Origin: Glaucostegus cemiculus
Taxonomy: Eukaryota
Direction: 5' to 3'
Assembly: GCA_976551045.1 (NCBI GenBank)
Contig: CDPCPM010000054.1
Coordinates: 33,046,001 to 33,110,000 of the forward strand
Length of the DNA stretch: 64,000 nucleotides
Below are positions 1 through 37,204 of the stretch, piece by piece (position 1 is the first letter of the stretch; the number at the start of each line of letters is the position of its first letter). The notes under the pieces were generated by a model. That model was not told the origin of the DNA. It ran no database searches and was given only the letters and a program-made list of their open reading frames with translations. The translations under genes were made by a program, and so were the position numbers.

Positions 1-19
1 AAGGGGGCACTCAGCATAA

Positions 20-1182
20 ATGCTTTAACATCATACTTAATGGAAAGTATGCAGAGATGTTCCAGGATACCTCATAGATATTACAAATCTGTATCTGCCT
101 AGTGGGAAGCATTCAAAAGGAGAAATACTAAGAGGTCAAGACCAACAATGTTCCTGTCAGGGTAAAAGCCAGGGGTAACACGTGTAGGGAACCCTGGCTG
201 AGGAGGGATTTTGAGGGTTGAAGGAGAAACAGAAAAAGCATATGACATCTAGAGAACCAATGACAGAAAGCCTGTCGAGAGTATAAAAAGTAAAGGAAGG
301 TGCTAAAAAAAAAGGAAATTAGGAAGGCTGAGAGGGTCACAAATAAAAAAAAAATCACTGGCAGACAGGATTAAGTAGTATATAAAGGGTAAAATAATAA
401 TTTTGGTTAAAGTAGGCCCCAATAGGGACATTGGCAATATGTATGTGGAACCAGAAGGTACAGGCACAGTCCAAGTGAATATTTCTCATCTGTATTCACA
501 AAAGAAACAGAGAATTCAGTGAATGTGTAGGTGAAAGTCTAGTGCAGGTCTCCATAGGTAACAGAAGTACTAGATGAATTAGAGGGCTTAAAAAAAAAAA
601 AGAGGTAAGTAAATACCCTGTACCAGATGGGGCTCATCCAAGGCTGCTAAGGGAGGCAAAGGAAGAAATTACTGGGGTCCTGGCTGAGATTTTTAAATCC
701 ACTGGACATAAGTGAGGTACTAGATGACTGGAGGATGGCAAACAAGATAGCAGGGAAAAACCTGGTAACTATAGACCTGCAAGCCTAACATCAATGGTAG
801 GGAAGATGCTGGAAAAAATTCTGAGGGGGAGGATTAGTGGTCACTTGGAGAGAGCCAATATGGCTTTGTTAAGGGCAGATCCTGTTTGATCAATTTGATT
901 GAATTCTTTTTAGTAGAAAATGGTATCAATGAAGGCAGGGCAATTGATGTCATTTACATGGACTTTAGTAAGGCCTTTGACAAGATCCCATATGGAATCC
1001 AGGCCAAATTGGGAACCTGGATCCAAAATCAGTTTGGCATTTGGATATGGAGGATGACAGTAGAGGGGTGTTTTGGCAAGGATACAGATTTAGGGCAAGG
1101 GGCAAGAGACAAGAGATATAGAGGGGATTCGAGTGGGGCCTTCTTCAAACAGAATGGCAAGTAACTGGAGAGCAATGCCCAG
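20..1182 (+). mobile_element. Degenerate CR1-clade LINE (ORF2/RT fragment plus part of the 3' end)
   Basis: Frameshifted CR1 RT motifs: PGNYRPASLTSMVGKMLEKIL, GFVKGRSCLINLIEFF, AIDVIYMDFSKAFDKIP (ORF 886..1164). Confidence 0.88.
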
Positions 1183-1184
1183 AT

Positions 1185-1342
1185 ATCAGAGTCAGTTACA
1201 CAGCATGGAAACAAGCCCTTCAGACAACTCATCCATGCCAATCAAGGTGCCTTCGAGCTAGTCACATGTACCTACGTTTAGCCCATATCCCTTTCAACTT
1301 TTCCTAACTTTGTACTTGTCCAAATGTCTTTTGAATGTAATG
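1185..1342 (-). mobile_element. CR1 3'-terminal fragment, inverted
   Basis: Reverse complement of the CR1/HER1 tail (gaagggcttgtttccatgctgtgt); similar to the start of the copy at 60930-61480. Confidence 0.7.
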
Positions 1343-2215
1343 GAGGATAGACAGCAATACCTCTGCCATGATTATTCTCAACACCAGTGCCCCACAAGGC
1401 TGTGTCCTCAGCACTCTACTCCCTATACACTCATGAGTGCATGGCCAAATTCTGCTCTATTTCCATCTACGTTTGCAGATGATACCACCGTAGTGGGCTT
1501 ATGCCAAATAACGATGAGTCAGAATACAGGAAGGATATGGAGAGTTTAGTAACATGACAACAATCTTTCCCTCAATGTTAGCAAAACAAAAGAGCTGGTC
1601 ATTGACTTCGGGGTGGGGGGGCAGTGGTGTGGTGCATATGCTCTTATCTATATCAACAGTGTTGACCCTCACCAATTTTTAAAATCAATGCACCACAGAA
1701 AGCATCCTATCTGGATGCATCACAGCTTGGTACGGCAACTGCAGTGCCCGTGACCACAAGAAACTGTGGAGTTGTGGATGCAGCTCAGCACATTATGGAA
1801 ACCAGCCTTCCCTCCGTGAACTCTGTCTGTACTTCGCTGCCTCAATAAAGCAGCCAGCATAATTAATGACCCCACCCAACCAAGACATTCTCTCTCCTCC
1901 CCTCTCCCATCAGGCAGAAGATGCAAAGGCCTGAAAGCAGTCTCAAGGACAGCTTCTATCCTGTTGTTAAGACTACTGAACAGTTCCCTTGTACGATAAA
2001 ATGGACTCTTGACCTCACAATCTATCTCGTTATGACGTTGCACCTTATTGTCTAGGTGCACTGCACTTTCTCTGTAGCGGTTACACTTTATTCTGCATTG
2101 TTATTTTACTTTATATTACCAAAATGCACTGTGTAATGAATTGATCTGTATGAACAGTATGCAAGACAAGTTTTTCCACTGTACCTCGGTACACATAACA
2201 ATAATAAGCCAGTTC
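1343..2215 (+). mobile_element. Rex1/Babar-like LINE, 5'-truncated and internally deleted
   Basis: PQGCVLS, FADDTTVVGL, NLSLNVSKTKELVIDF and LPSGRR motifs, plus a 3' tail ending ...acaataataa. Confidence 0.8.
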
Positions 2216-2221
2216 CAATTT

Positions 2222-2412
2222 CTTAAAACTCAAGCCCTCCCTTCCCAGGAACATTGAACTTTTTTCCTGCAGCCTCTCTAGCTTAATTATATCCTTTCTA
2301 TAGTATGAGTGGTTGAAGTTGGGTCACTAACAGCATTCAAGAAATATTAAAACTAGCACTTGAAATCAGCTAGGCATAGAAGGCTATGGACCAAGTGCTG
2401 GGAGATGGGACA
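2222..2412. mobile_element. Resumption of the inverted CR1 (about 2222-2305, minus) and of the plus-strand CR1 3' end (about 2306-2412)
   Basis: 2225-2303 resembles 61268-61348; 2306-2410 continues the CR1 3' region broken off at about 1182. Confidence 0.6.
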
Positions 2413-3844
2413 TCAACATATCTCTGACTTTGCACCTTGCATATTGTATTCTGTTATTTCCTCATTCACCTTCCAGTGTCCATTCCCTTGCACAACTCTC
2501 ACTGCCACCCAGGTTGTCATCAATAATCTTGGACATAATACACAGCAGCCGTCTTTACAGCAGTGTAATAGCTGCAGCCTTCCAACTTGAACATATTCTT
2601 TAATTCTGTTTTCTGCCTCTTCTGCCAATTCTCAAATCATGCCAATATACAAGCCCACAATCCATGATCTCTAAATCTTAATTAAATCTTGCACTGCTCT
2701 TATTGAAAGCCTTAGAATCCAAATTTAAGGTTCCCCCTCATCCATTCTGCTACTTAAACAATTTGATAGATTTGCCAAACACAGTTTCCCATTCATCAAT
2801 CCATTTTGACTCTGCCCATTCCTTTAATTTTCCAAGTGCCTCGTTACCACTTCCTTAATAATTGAATAGGTATTCAATCATGCAAAATTAACAAATGGAT
2901 ACTGGTTGGAATTTTGAGCTCCAAAATAGCAGCACCAACATCCCATTACCAATGCACTGAGGTGATACATAATGTGCATTGCCTATTTCAAAAGGATATC
3001 CACTGTAACCAATGGCCTGCACCTAATGTAAGCATAATTAATACTATTTGGTTACTCTAAGGTACTTATGCCACTCAATATTAATTACCAATTGTAACTA
3101 ACAATCCCAGTTTCCCATAGTATTATTCCTAATAAAGTCAACCAATGTACATTAGAAATCTTTCACTAAATGGAAATTTAGTGTAAAAGTAGTTCAAACC
3201 AATTCAGTAACCATAGCTTCCCCATTGTAAATCAAGCACTGATAATCAATACATTTTGTAAATATGCGAATTCAGCTAAAGGTAGACTGTTGTGAAGATA
3301 TATCATTGTTTTAAAAATCATTGAGCAGGTTGAAGAATTTTTTTTCATTCACAAGTAACATTAGTTTGGTTTAAACCATGTGTTAAGTTGTATAAGCTTC
3401 CCACTTGCTTAAGTGCACATTTTAAATCCATTTCTTGTAAAATTGGTTAAATGGCTACAAATAGTACTTTTATTAAAATAAATTGTGTAGCTTTATGCCT
3501 GACAGGTGCCTTTCCAAGCATTGCTTAATCTAAATATGACCCATACTGAAAGAAATGGTAATTTCATGGTTATGTAGTCCCTGAACAATAGGGCCTTCTT
3601 AAAGAAAAGGGGATTTTTAGCTCTAATGCCATTAATGAATTCATAGGTGTGCAGTTACTAAGGTTTTTTTGCATTTAACACATTCTCTATGTCAATATCC
3701 ATGGCAACTACATACTTCCTGTCTTCATGGCTATTTAAAACAGTTCCTCGTAACAAAAATCTCTAAGAATTGCACTTTGTAATTACATGAAAACCAGCAG
3801 TATCAGGCCATGGCATTCTACACTATGTTTTCACATATACCTTC

Positions 3845-6800
3845 CTCAGCTCCACACAAAGTCTTTATTCCAAACAAAACTTTATTCCTTATGATAGCCA
3901 TATACATGAATTATAGCAAATTAAAAATGAAAACTATTAAACCTAGAACAAGCATAGCTTTAAGAGTTTGCACTTTACAGTGATAGTATTGTCTTTTCAG
4001 ACGAAACAACCTATCCTGCTAACTTCTGTACTTTTTAAAAAAAGGAATAGGCTTTTTAAACAAAGCAACCTTAACTAATGTACAAACATTATTTCAACTA
4101 ATGGAGTTTAAGTTTTAAAAAAAAAGACTGTAAAGTATAGCAGCATATTGGGCATCAACTGCAGTCTCATGGTGATGAACTTGCCATAAGGCATAGCAGA
4201 ACTAAAGCTGTCTCTGATCTCTTTTGGAAAATAGCTGGTCAAAATAAAAAACAAATTGAAAATTAGAACTAATGCCTTACAAGATCAGCTGAATGATTCA
4301 GCCTGAACACCCTTTCCCCACTTTGAAATTTACTCAAAGTGACCACTCAACGGAATGTAGAATAGATTTGGGATGGGATGATGGACTTTTTTTTTTAAAA
4401 CGCCCAACGTCAGGACAAATTCTGCAACTACATTTATTACTTCAAGAAATAAAATGGCTCATGTATAATTACAAGATTAATATCCTTTCAGATCAGTTTT
4501 AAGATATGCATCACCATGTGAAAACACAAAATTCCACAATGAAGGAAGTTTCACAGAAATGCAACACTGAACAAATGGCACACAATGCAATTCTTTTTAA
4601 AAAAGCTTGTCAGCAGTAGTACCATTAAAACAAAGAAGCATTACACATATTTAAAAGGAGCAAAGCTTCTTCAAAAACACAGCTACAGCAAAATACAGAG
4701 AACATACACTGTAGAGACACAGAAACAAATGAATTTCAATACAGAAAGAAAATTCTGTGCGCATACCCAGTTCAACACCCAAACATTTAACAGTTGAATT
4801 AAATTTGTAAAGCTCATCACGCATGGTACCTTTGGAAGAGCTTAAAGCATGCTCATGGAACCATAATTATTTTGATGTCTATATTGTTTCACACTACCAA
4901 ATGCTTAAGTATTCTGAAGTTAGAAAATATTCAAAAAGTGCAGAGTGGTGCACACAGAAGGGTAATAATGTGAATAATACTAAAGGCTAGTACATCATTA
5001 TAGTCTAATATTTTAGAATATCTTCATTACACATTAAGTAAAAAATGCCATTTCTCCTCGCAAGCTGACGATGAACAAAATGACTTGCAAATTGGATTAT
5101 AAAATGTGCATATAAATGGAAAGCAAGCCCTTCCTAGTTTTCATTTACCAACAAGTCATCTTTTGTTTAAAAAAAGTTAGCGGACCAAAACTGGATTAGC
5201 TGTAGAATTAAATTAATATTAATTTAGTATTTATTTTACGATTGTCTTTTGGCAGGTTTGAACTTTGTTCTCTGATGACTCAAGTTGCATAGTCATAGAC
5301 ACTTGGCTATGTAATGTGCAGAATTCATCTAAGTTTATAAACTGTACAATAGATCATTATATTAGTTTAGACAAAGTTCGACTTTAAGAAATGTGTTTCA
5401 ATTTTTCTCCCACCCTTCCCTCGCCACTGATTTCCCTTAATTTCTACCACAAAAATAGTTACCAGGTTCCAAGGTTTCCATCAGTGGCCAATAGTAAGGT
5501 TACAATGACCCTGTAGCTGGATAATCCAAAGTGGGCTTTAAAATTTAGGGTTGAAACATGAAAAAAACTTCAGAGGAGAATAAAAACCCACAAGGAAATA
5601 GAAGAACTGTGGTACTGACAATTTAGTTCAGAAGGTTGGCGCTCTACTACTTAATGCCGAAGGATCACACTATACAGCTGAAATGTTAGCACACCACAAT
5701 GGTACCGCATTTTTCCAATAGTCTCAAACTGTGCACCATTATGCTGAAGTTCCAGAACACTTCTGCTTTTGTGTTGTGTGAAACAATAAACTGAATTACA
5801 GCAATGCACTGAGCAAGATAAAGGATCTTGGTATCAAACATGTTGTTTTCCACTAACACGACCACTAAAAGTTCAGGTACAGGGTTACAATTATGCCCAT
5901 TAAATGGCTAATTTTGTTTTAAATACAACTGAGGTAATAAGTTAAAGGCCCCAGGCCCATAAGTGCAGGACCATGGCAAAAATGAAAATAAAGATGAAGC
6001 AAATCAGAAAACAATTCGAGTATATAAAGCTTGGATTTTAAAAGCCTGAAGATCATAGAAGGGATGGAAAACTGAGGAACTCTAGGACTTCCAGTTTTCA
6101 AACTGGAGCAAGAAAATATCATTAACATTAGACTTGGGACTTTTATGTTTTCCTTTTGAAAAGGAAAAGTTATTTAGTGTTTTCTGGATAGATGAAATAT
6201 GGTTGCTTGTTAGGAGAAAACAACGTGGTTAAACATGGTTAAACCAGCTATAAACCACAGCTATATAATAAATTTTTGAAATATGTTTGAAGTCTTTTGT
6301 CTAAATTTGTGTCTTAAATAGTCAAATTGCTATTCAGATAGAATTAACCAGTGATTTAGAATGCATCAGTTTCTCCCCCACTTCCTCACCTCTAATTTTC
6401 AAAGCTCTATTCACAGGCACCCTTTGTGTTTTGGAAACACCCAACAGAACATTGCAAAAACTGACAACACTTTTAGGCAACAAAACAAAAGCTTATATTG
6501 TGGGTACTCTTTTGAAAATATGATATGCAATATGCAGGCTTGCATAGCAATATCTGAAAAAATAGCTTTAAAATAGGAGAAACAATGTAAAATCTGCTAT
6601 GATTAGGATGATAGCATTTTTTACTTGATCCAACTATCCCATAGTGGGATGATCCATATACATTATATACAGTGATTTAATATACTGTGTGCCACTTTTG
6701 TAGAAGTCTTTTCCTTCAAATTTTAAACAGTTTATAAAACAGGCTTACACAGCCTCAACTAGAAATCTGGCACTTTCTGAGAGTGCCCCATTCATGTGCG

Positions 6801-7316
6801 CACCTCCACTTCGAACAAAACATTCCCTTTCTCATCATAAACCTGGTACAAATTTTCAAAGTGCCAGCTTGCTACATGTGAAGTTCGCTTTTGTTTCTCA
6901 AAGTCATTCCATTTTGATATTTTTTCTTGATCTGGATCAAAGAGAAACAGGTCACTGGGTTTTTATAAACATTGATGTTTTTGCTTCAGTTTTTTTTCCT
7001 CCACGGATTTGCAGTATCCAACATTCCAACTGGTAAATCCTTTTGAAGAATGTAAACAAGCACCAATAAAAATAGGCCCCAACATCCCCAAAAAGGAGAT
7101 AGCTCAGCAGTCCTCAATTAATATGTGCTTTCTTAAAAAAAGCACTTCAGGAATTTATATTCAGAGCTCCAACGTGGTTGCTTCTCTTGTGTCTCTGGAA
7201 AGCTCAAGTTAACTTTGCACACCGTTTCCTGAACGGGAATCAAACTGAATCAGAGCAAAGTAGGAGGAGCCATTTCAATGACTAAGTCCAGCAGTCAAAA
7301 GCCAAGCCTTTAGCTT
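3845..7316 (-). other. PIK3R1: PIK3R1 3' UTR (~3.45 kb, 3' end approximate)
   Basis: AT-rich tract downstream of the stop with no recognised repeats and several miRNA seed matches, ending at tandem AATAAA. Confidence 0.6.
3864..3886 (-). terminator. Tandem polyadenylation signals (AATAAA at 3886..3881 and 3869..3864)
   Basis: Minus strand reads catgtatatgg...AATAAAgttttgtttggAATAAAgactttgtgtgg: upstream UGUA and downstream GU-rich sequence. A further AATAAA lies at 3474..3469. Confidence 0.6.
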
Positions 7317-31135
<23,819 letters not shown>

Positions 31136-32689
31136 CTGAAGAATTTAAAAAATGTATGTAATCTTTTAATAGACAGAAAATAATTATATAACTGTTTAAA
31201 TTTTAAATGCTACATAAATTATTGACAGTGTCAATATTGTAGACACATTCCCTCTATCACTCTGGCACTCAGATTATACCTTCACTGCGATTCCCCAAAC
31301 ATCACCAGAAGCTTTTTAGCTTAATGTTTGACTTTGCATGGCTTGAAGTAATTTATTACACTATCTCAAAGACCAAAGAGCTGCTCTGTTCTGTTTAAAC
31401 AATTCCCAGGTTGTAATTTAACAGGTTATGAAAAAAAAACTCCTGACATAAATCGAGTTCAAAATATTACTAGAAGGTAACAACCTCTTTACTGCTCCAC
31501 CAACATCAGATTTGTGCAACATGTGTATCTAGTCCTGGTCCAGCTCCAAGTTACATACATATTTAAAATTACTAACTAGAGAAACTTGGATTGGGTATGA
31601 AATTCAATGTGGTTGGTAAAAATTCCATGTATGTTTAAAAAAGTCCAGCATTTATCACCAGATGATGGCACTGCTGCACAAAAGATGGTCTGTAATTGTG
31701 TTATTTCAGTTCCAACTATCATTTTCATCAGAATTAGAAAAGCAAATATCATTAAATCAGTATTAAGAACAGAATTCTACCCCCTTTTCATTTAAACATT
31801 TAGGAATGTAGCCTACATTGTTGGGCTTCAATGAACTAATTCCTTTAGATTTGTAAACAAATGATGTGTTGGACTGAATATACTCTGTTAATTATAATGG
31901 TGAGCCTTCAATTACACAAATTAATGCATCTTAAGTAGGCCTCCATTATTGAAAGACGGAAACTTGATGCCTTGTTCAATTCAAAGATGTGCATAAAGTT
32001 TCTCTCCAAGAGAAAATGAAGATTGTCCATATTTCATATAATTTAGTTTTGCACATCAGCTGTATTTAATTATTAACCAAAGTTAAATTAAAAGCATGCT
32101 CATGGATGAAACTGAAAATCCTTGCAAGAAACCTAAATTACAAAAGTGTCAATAATAAGAGAAAAAGGAAAATATTGATTATATGAACCACTGAGCTTTC
32201 TATACGAGATGGAGGAAACGCAAGAGAGTTGAATTGTGTGTTTTATCTGAATGTTACAGTTCAGTGAAACTTAAGTTCTGAGAAATACACAGTTTGGTGC
32301 TTTACAAATTCAACAGAACAGTTTTTTTTAAAATACAGCAGTAAGCTCTACATGGTCAAGAAAGCTGAGATTTTCTCCAAATGCAAGATATGTTGCAGAA
32401 GATAAAGTCAAGCTTTCTTCTCCGCCGCCGCCCCCCCCCCCCCCCCCCCCGCACACCCCAGGAAATGCTTTGGATGTATAAAATTACACATTTTTACAGA
32501 ATAATCAAACTTATTACCATCTCCCTCATTTATCTCGCCTACCTTTATATGCTTCTTTACATTTGTTCTAACTACTGCATTTGCAGCAACTTCTATATTC
32601 ATCTCATTCTCTAGATATAAATAGGTTAGAACAATAAACAGGTTTTTTTTAAAATTCCTTATTTGCTCTTTTTGTGACAAACCTATATT

Positions 32690-33600
32690 GATCACCTACT
32701 GTTTTGCTACTCCCCATGGGTAGAAGTACTATCCACCAGAACTTTTCATAATTATCAGAGCACTTAGTTAAACCTTGCAATAACTTTGCCAAAGGAACAA
32801 AACTTAAACTTATAACCTCAAAATTTCTGGCATTATCCTGATAAATCTATTTTCTATCCTTCACAGTGTTACTATATACTTTTAAATAGGAAGGGTAGAA
32901 TTATACATTGTACTCCAAGTGTGGTCTAACGGGTTTGACAAATTCAGTTTTTAAGAGGGATGAATCAGAAAGAGTACAAGTGCTTGGGTTGCTTTTTGTA
33001 AGGTGGTCTTACTCTTATCACCACTCCTCTTCATGATATACATTTGTACTTTATTCCCTTTGATTATTTTTCAAGTGATATAAAATGTTCTTTTGGCAAA
33101 ATGCAATCTCACATTAAGTGTTAAAATTCATTGCCCACTTAGAAATAACCTATAGGATTAGATTACTAATGTTGCAATACTCTTGATTACTCTTAACAAA
33201 TTTAGGAAATAATTTATGAGATTCCAAAATCTGAATTAGTGATACAAATTGCAAGAAACATTGGTACCACTACTATTTATGGGACCCCATTTTTCACTTT
33301 ATTGCTAAATATCTAACCTTTAAACCTATCTTGAAATCTGCTAGCTATTCATTGTGCTATTTGTTCCAATTGGATTCATTAATGTCTGTCATGTAATGTA
33401 ATGTCCAAGACCTTTTACAAATTAAAATAAATTGGACACATTATATTATCTTTGCCCACTGTCACCTCAAGGAATTAAAGGTGGTTGGTCAGGAAGGCTT
33501 TGACTTGCCAACTATTTAGTATTTTTGATTTCTGTACATTCTATCTTCCCCTTCAGTGGGTATTCCATTCTGTGCAGTACCAAGTATGTACTCTAACACC
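32690..33600 (-). mobile_element. Old CR1 LINE fragment
   Basis: ttctggcattatcctgataaatct...tactccaagtgtggtctaac motifs, similar to 61285-61400. Confidence 0.45.
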
Positions 33601-34774
33601 ACTGTTGGCATCCATTGGTTATAATATTAAACTGGGGTCCTCAGTTAAGCAGATTGTTTTAAAAGCAATAATATATTGTCACTAATAAATGCTATTCTAT
33701 CAAAACAAAAAATAGCAGTAGGTCATTTGGCTTCTTGTGCCTGCTCCATCATTCCATAAGATCATGGAATAAATCAGATATTCCCAATCTTTCAACACCA
33801 CAACCCAGTCAGTTAACAATTTCCTAAATTTAACAAAAACACTGATCTATTGTGATAGATGGTGCATTTAAAGTATAGCTGCAGATTAGTGCCATATGAT
33901 TTTGCCTCATCTCAACACTAATTATAATGTCAATACAACACAAAGCAAGGGGAGCACTGCTTTAAAGACAAGTGTTTTTGAATTAAAAAGCTACTCAGAA
34001 GGTTGTGTGGCCTCTTTGATATTGCTCACTTGCTTTGTCATATTACTGACAGTAGTGCTTTCAGATGTCTTTGCCCAAGCTCTGGAATTCCTTGCTTAAA
34101 AAGGAGAGATTCAAGATATTCAAGTTGTCCCTCTTGAATGTTTTACTACATTAACGATATTACACAACTGTAAATTGTTTTAGACCCGTAACTGATTAAT
34201 TGGAAACAAGTGACCTCTTATCAGGTTCACAACTGCCCATGTCCGAAACTGAAATAAATGGTGTGTAATCCTGAAGATTTGGGAATATTTGTTTGTTTTG
34301 TTGCTTTGGAAAAATAAACAATAGCTACAATTTAAAAGAAACCAATACTTTACATACTGCTATAATTCTGATGAGCCAGTATGTTGCTAGTGTTCAATGC
34401 AACTATATGCCACCAAACCAAACTCTGTAAAACATGGCTAATTTTCCATCTGATGGTATTATTTACTTATAGATTCTTTTATCATTTAGCAGAAAACAAC
34501 AATTTTTCCCCCATATACAACTGCTCTCCAATAGCAGACCAAAGGCAATTGACTTTTCCTCATCTTCTGGCAGCTAATTTAGAACTAATGCCAACAATTG
34601 CAACCATGTCAAAACTTTTCCATGCATCAATATACATCTGCTTACAAGAGTCATATTGCTTAGCAGATGGTGCTTCTAATCAATTTAACTACAATAACAC
34701 AAGGATATTGCAGTTAATTCAAATGTTTTTCTATATGCAATACTTGGTTTTTGAACATTTAACTCTTTTTTTAA

Positions 34775-34880
34775 ATTAAACTTTATTTACAGCGTGGTAA
34801 CAGGCCTTTTCGGCCCAACGAGTCTGCACCGCCCATTTTAAACCCCAAATTAACCTACCCGTACACCTTTTAGAATGCAA
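34775..34880 (-). mobile_element. SINE 3'-end fragment (V-SINE/HE1-like), relatively young
   Basis: Reverse complement ...gggtaggttaatttgggg...gactcgttgggccgaaaaggcctgttaccacgctgtaaataaa; CpGs retained. Confidence 0.65.
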
Positions 34881-37062
34881 ATGGTAAAGCACTACACTTG
34901 TTTGTTCAATGCATTCAAGTACAGAAAGATGGAAGGACAGTTCTATACATCTGAAAATTTAAAATTTGTTTGCTTAATCCTAGAAATTAATAACTAATGT
35001 AAACAGACTACTTGTGCTCATATTGAATAAACCTGTTACTATAGGAACCAAGGAAACATCCAGAACCTAGTTTAATCTCATGCAATAAAAATTATAAAAC
35101 TGCTGGGAAGAGATTACATGGGGTGAGGGCACTGCTTACAGCAAGCTCCATTAAATTCAACTTCCAAAAAATGTACACCACAAAAAAAAAGAATGTATTA
35201 CAATCTGTGATGATAGGCTAGGGAGGGAAAGAAAATTGTCGGCCATCAACCATGAGGGCCTTAGAGCATTTGAATGGGGTTGTTAACCTTGGGAATAAAG
35301 ACAAGCGCAGGTGGGTGTGTGAATTATTTCATTTTATTATAATGGTTATTTTGTGTTGTATTTAAGTCTACTTGAATACTTTTAAATAGCATCGCTTGGA
35401 TTAACATGCAACTTCAGATTAGTGCAAAAGGTTCTAATATACCAAAAGACAGCATTCAGGTCTTCTGGTTACATTCAACACCGAACCCAAATGGCCAAGT
35501 CTGTCATTCTATTCCCCTCCCCTCAAGCAGCTACTTATTGCTCAAAGCAAAACACTAATGTTCACTATTCAAGTTAACACAGGCAGCTGTCTGATTGAGG
35601 GATTCTTGTTTCCATCAGGTCAAAAGGAACTTCAGCACATTATTAATATCCGGATGAAAACTTAAAGTTATAGCCTACTGAAGCACCCAGTCTTCTTAAC
35701 CATCCCCTTCTATACTATTAGCTCTCACTGATAATGATATTCTATTAACAAGCTATTCAACTGCTCCAACATTCAACTAAATTGCATTTTTTTTTAATGT
35801 GTCTCAATTCTACTCATCTCCATGACTGACTTTTTGAGCAGCAAGTTGCAAAATTTAAACTCAGTAATGAAAGAATGCTACATTTCCAAAACAGGATGGT
35901 GCGCAACTTGGAGGGAAACCGGCAGGTGTCGTCATCCCCCTGCATCTACTAGTCTTGCCCTTCTGAAGGGTTTGTACAGGGTTTCGGTCATTATCCTTAC
36001 TCAATATAAGTGCCTCATCATAGCCTTGATCACTTAAATGTACGATTAACTGGCTCAGGGAAAGAGTTTGAGATTTTAATAACCCACTGTGAAGAGGTGC
36101 TTCTTGATATCAACAGCAAATGAACTGATTCTAACTTTTACTATGCCTCATACCCAATTCATTACGAACATATTGGTTAGAACATTCTCATCCAGTGCTT
36201 GAAAATAAAGCCTAAAATAAAGCCTAGTCGTACACAGTCTAAATGACATTCAAATTAGATAACATCCAACAGGTATGTATTTTCTAAAGTTGCAACTGAT
36301 TGAAAAGACCTTCTCTTTCCTACACCAGTGTAAGCTTTAATGAGATAACATTCTCAAGTTAGTTTACCTCTACAAATTCCAACCACCAACTTTAAGTCTG
36401 ATGTCCTAGTTAACTTCTTGTGATTTAGAAAAACCTTCCCTTTTTGGTCCTTTATGGATAGCAGAATGTTGTGGCAGAGTCATATAACCCGAAACATTCT
36501 GCACATGTAAATGGACAGTATGATAAATGTAAAATGGATATAAATAGGAAATACAGAGATCACCTGAGAATAGATGAAGATCTACAGAAATTTTGTTCAC
36601 CAGTACCACCATGGAAGGTCAGACACTAGCCATATCAAAATTAACAAGTAATGAAAGCCTATATAGCCATGGCATATCCTTTTCTAAAAAAAAGTATGTG
36701 TAATGATGGTTCAGTACATGAAAGTTATTCATAACTAATGTCAGCCATTTACAGTTTCAAGAGGCAAACTTCCCCCATTTCCCCTGTCCTCCTCCAACCC
36801 AAATCTTCAGACTTTTTTCTTTGTAACAGTTCATAATTTCATCATTGGAAGTAGCAAATGATTTAACCAAAGCTTGAAGACTATGTAAATCTATTATGCC
36901 AACATGACACTGTTTCAGGCCTGGTGGAAAAGTACACTACATATTTTTATTACTGACCATTTAAAATTATCAAAACCACCAAGAACCTCAGTTGTTATTT
37001 TTATGTATTATGCACAATTTAAACTGTCAAATTAGAATACAACTACATAAAAGTGTGCTTAC

Positions 37063-37204
37063 AATGAGAAGGTTCCTTTCGTGGAATCAGCAATGGAGCA
37101 CAAGAATAACGAGAAGCAAGTTTGCACTTTAGTATTCGCGTAACTTTGTAGATTCCTTTACTGCTGTTTTTAATCAACTTCTCACTTAAAGTAATCATCT
37201 TCAT
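37063..37204 (-). CDS. Candidate alternative first exon in intron 2 (47 aa, MKMITLSEKLIKNSSKGIYKVTRILKCKLASRYSCAPLLIPRKEPSH), in phase with exon 3
   Basis: ATG-initiated, stop-free 142 nt ending CATT|gtaagc (phase 1); in-frame TAA 11 codons upstream; local CpG cluster and CCAAT boxes. No homology recognised. Confidence 0.45.
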
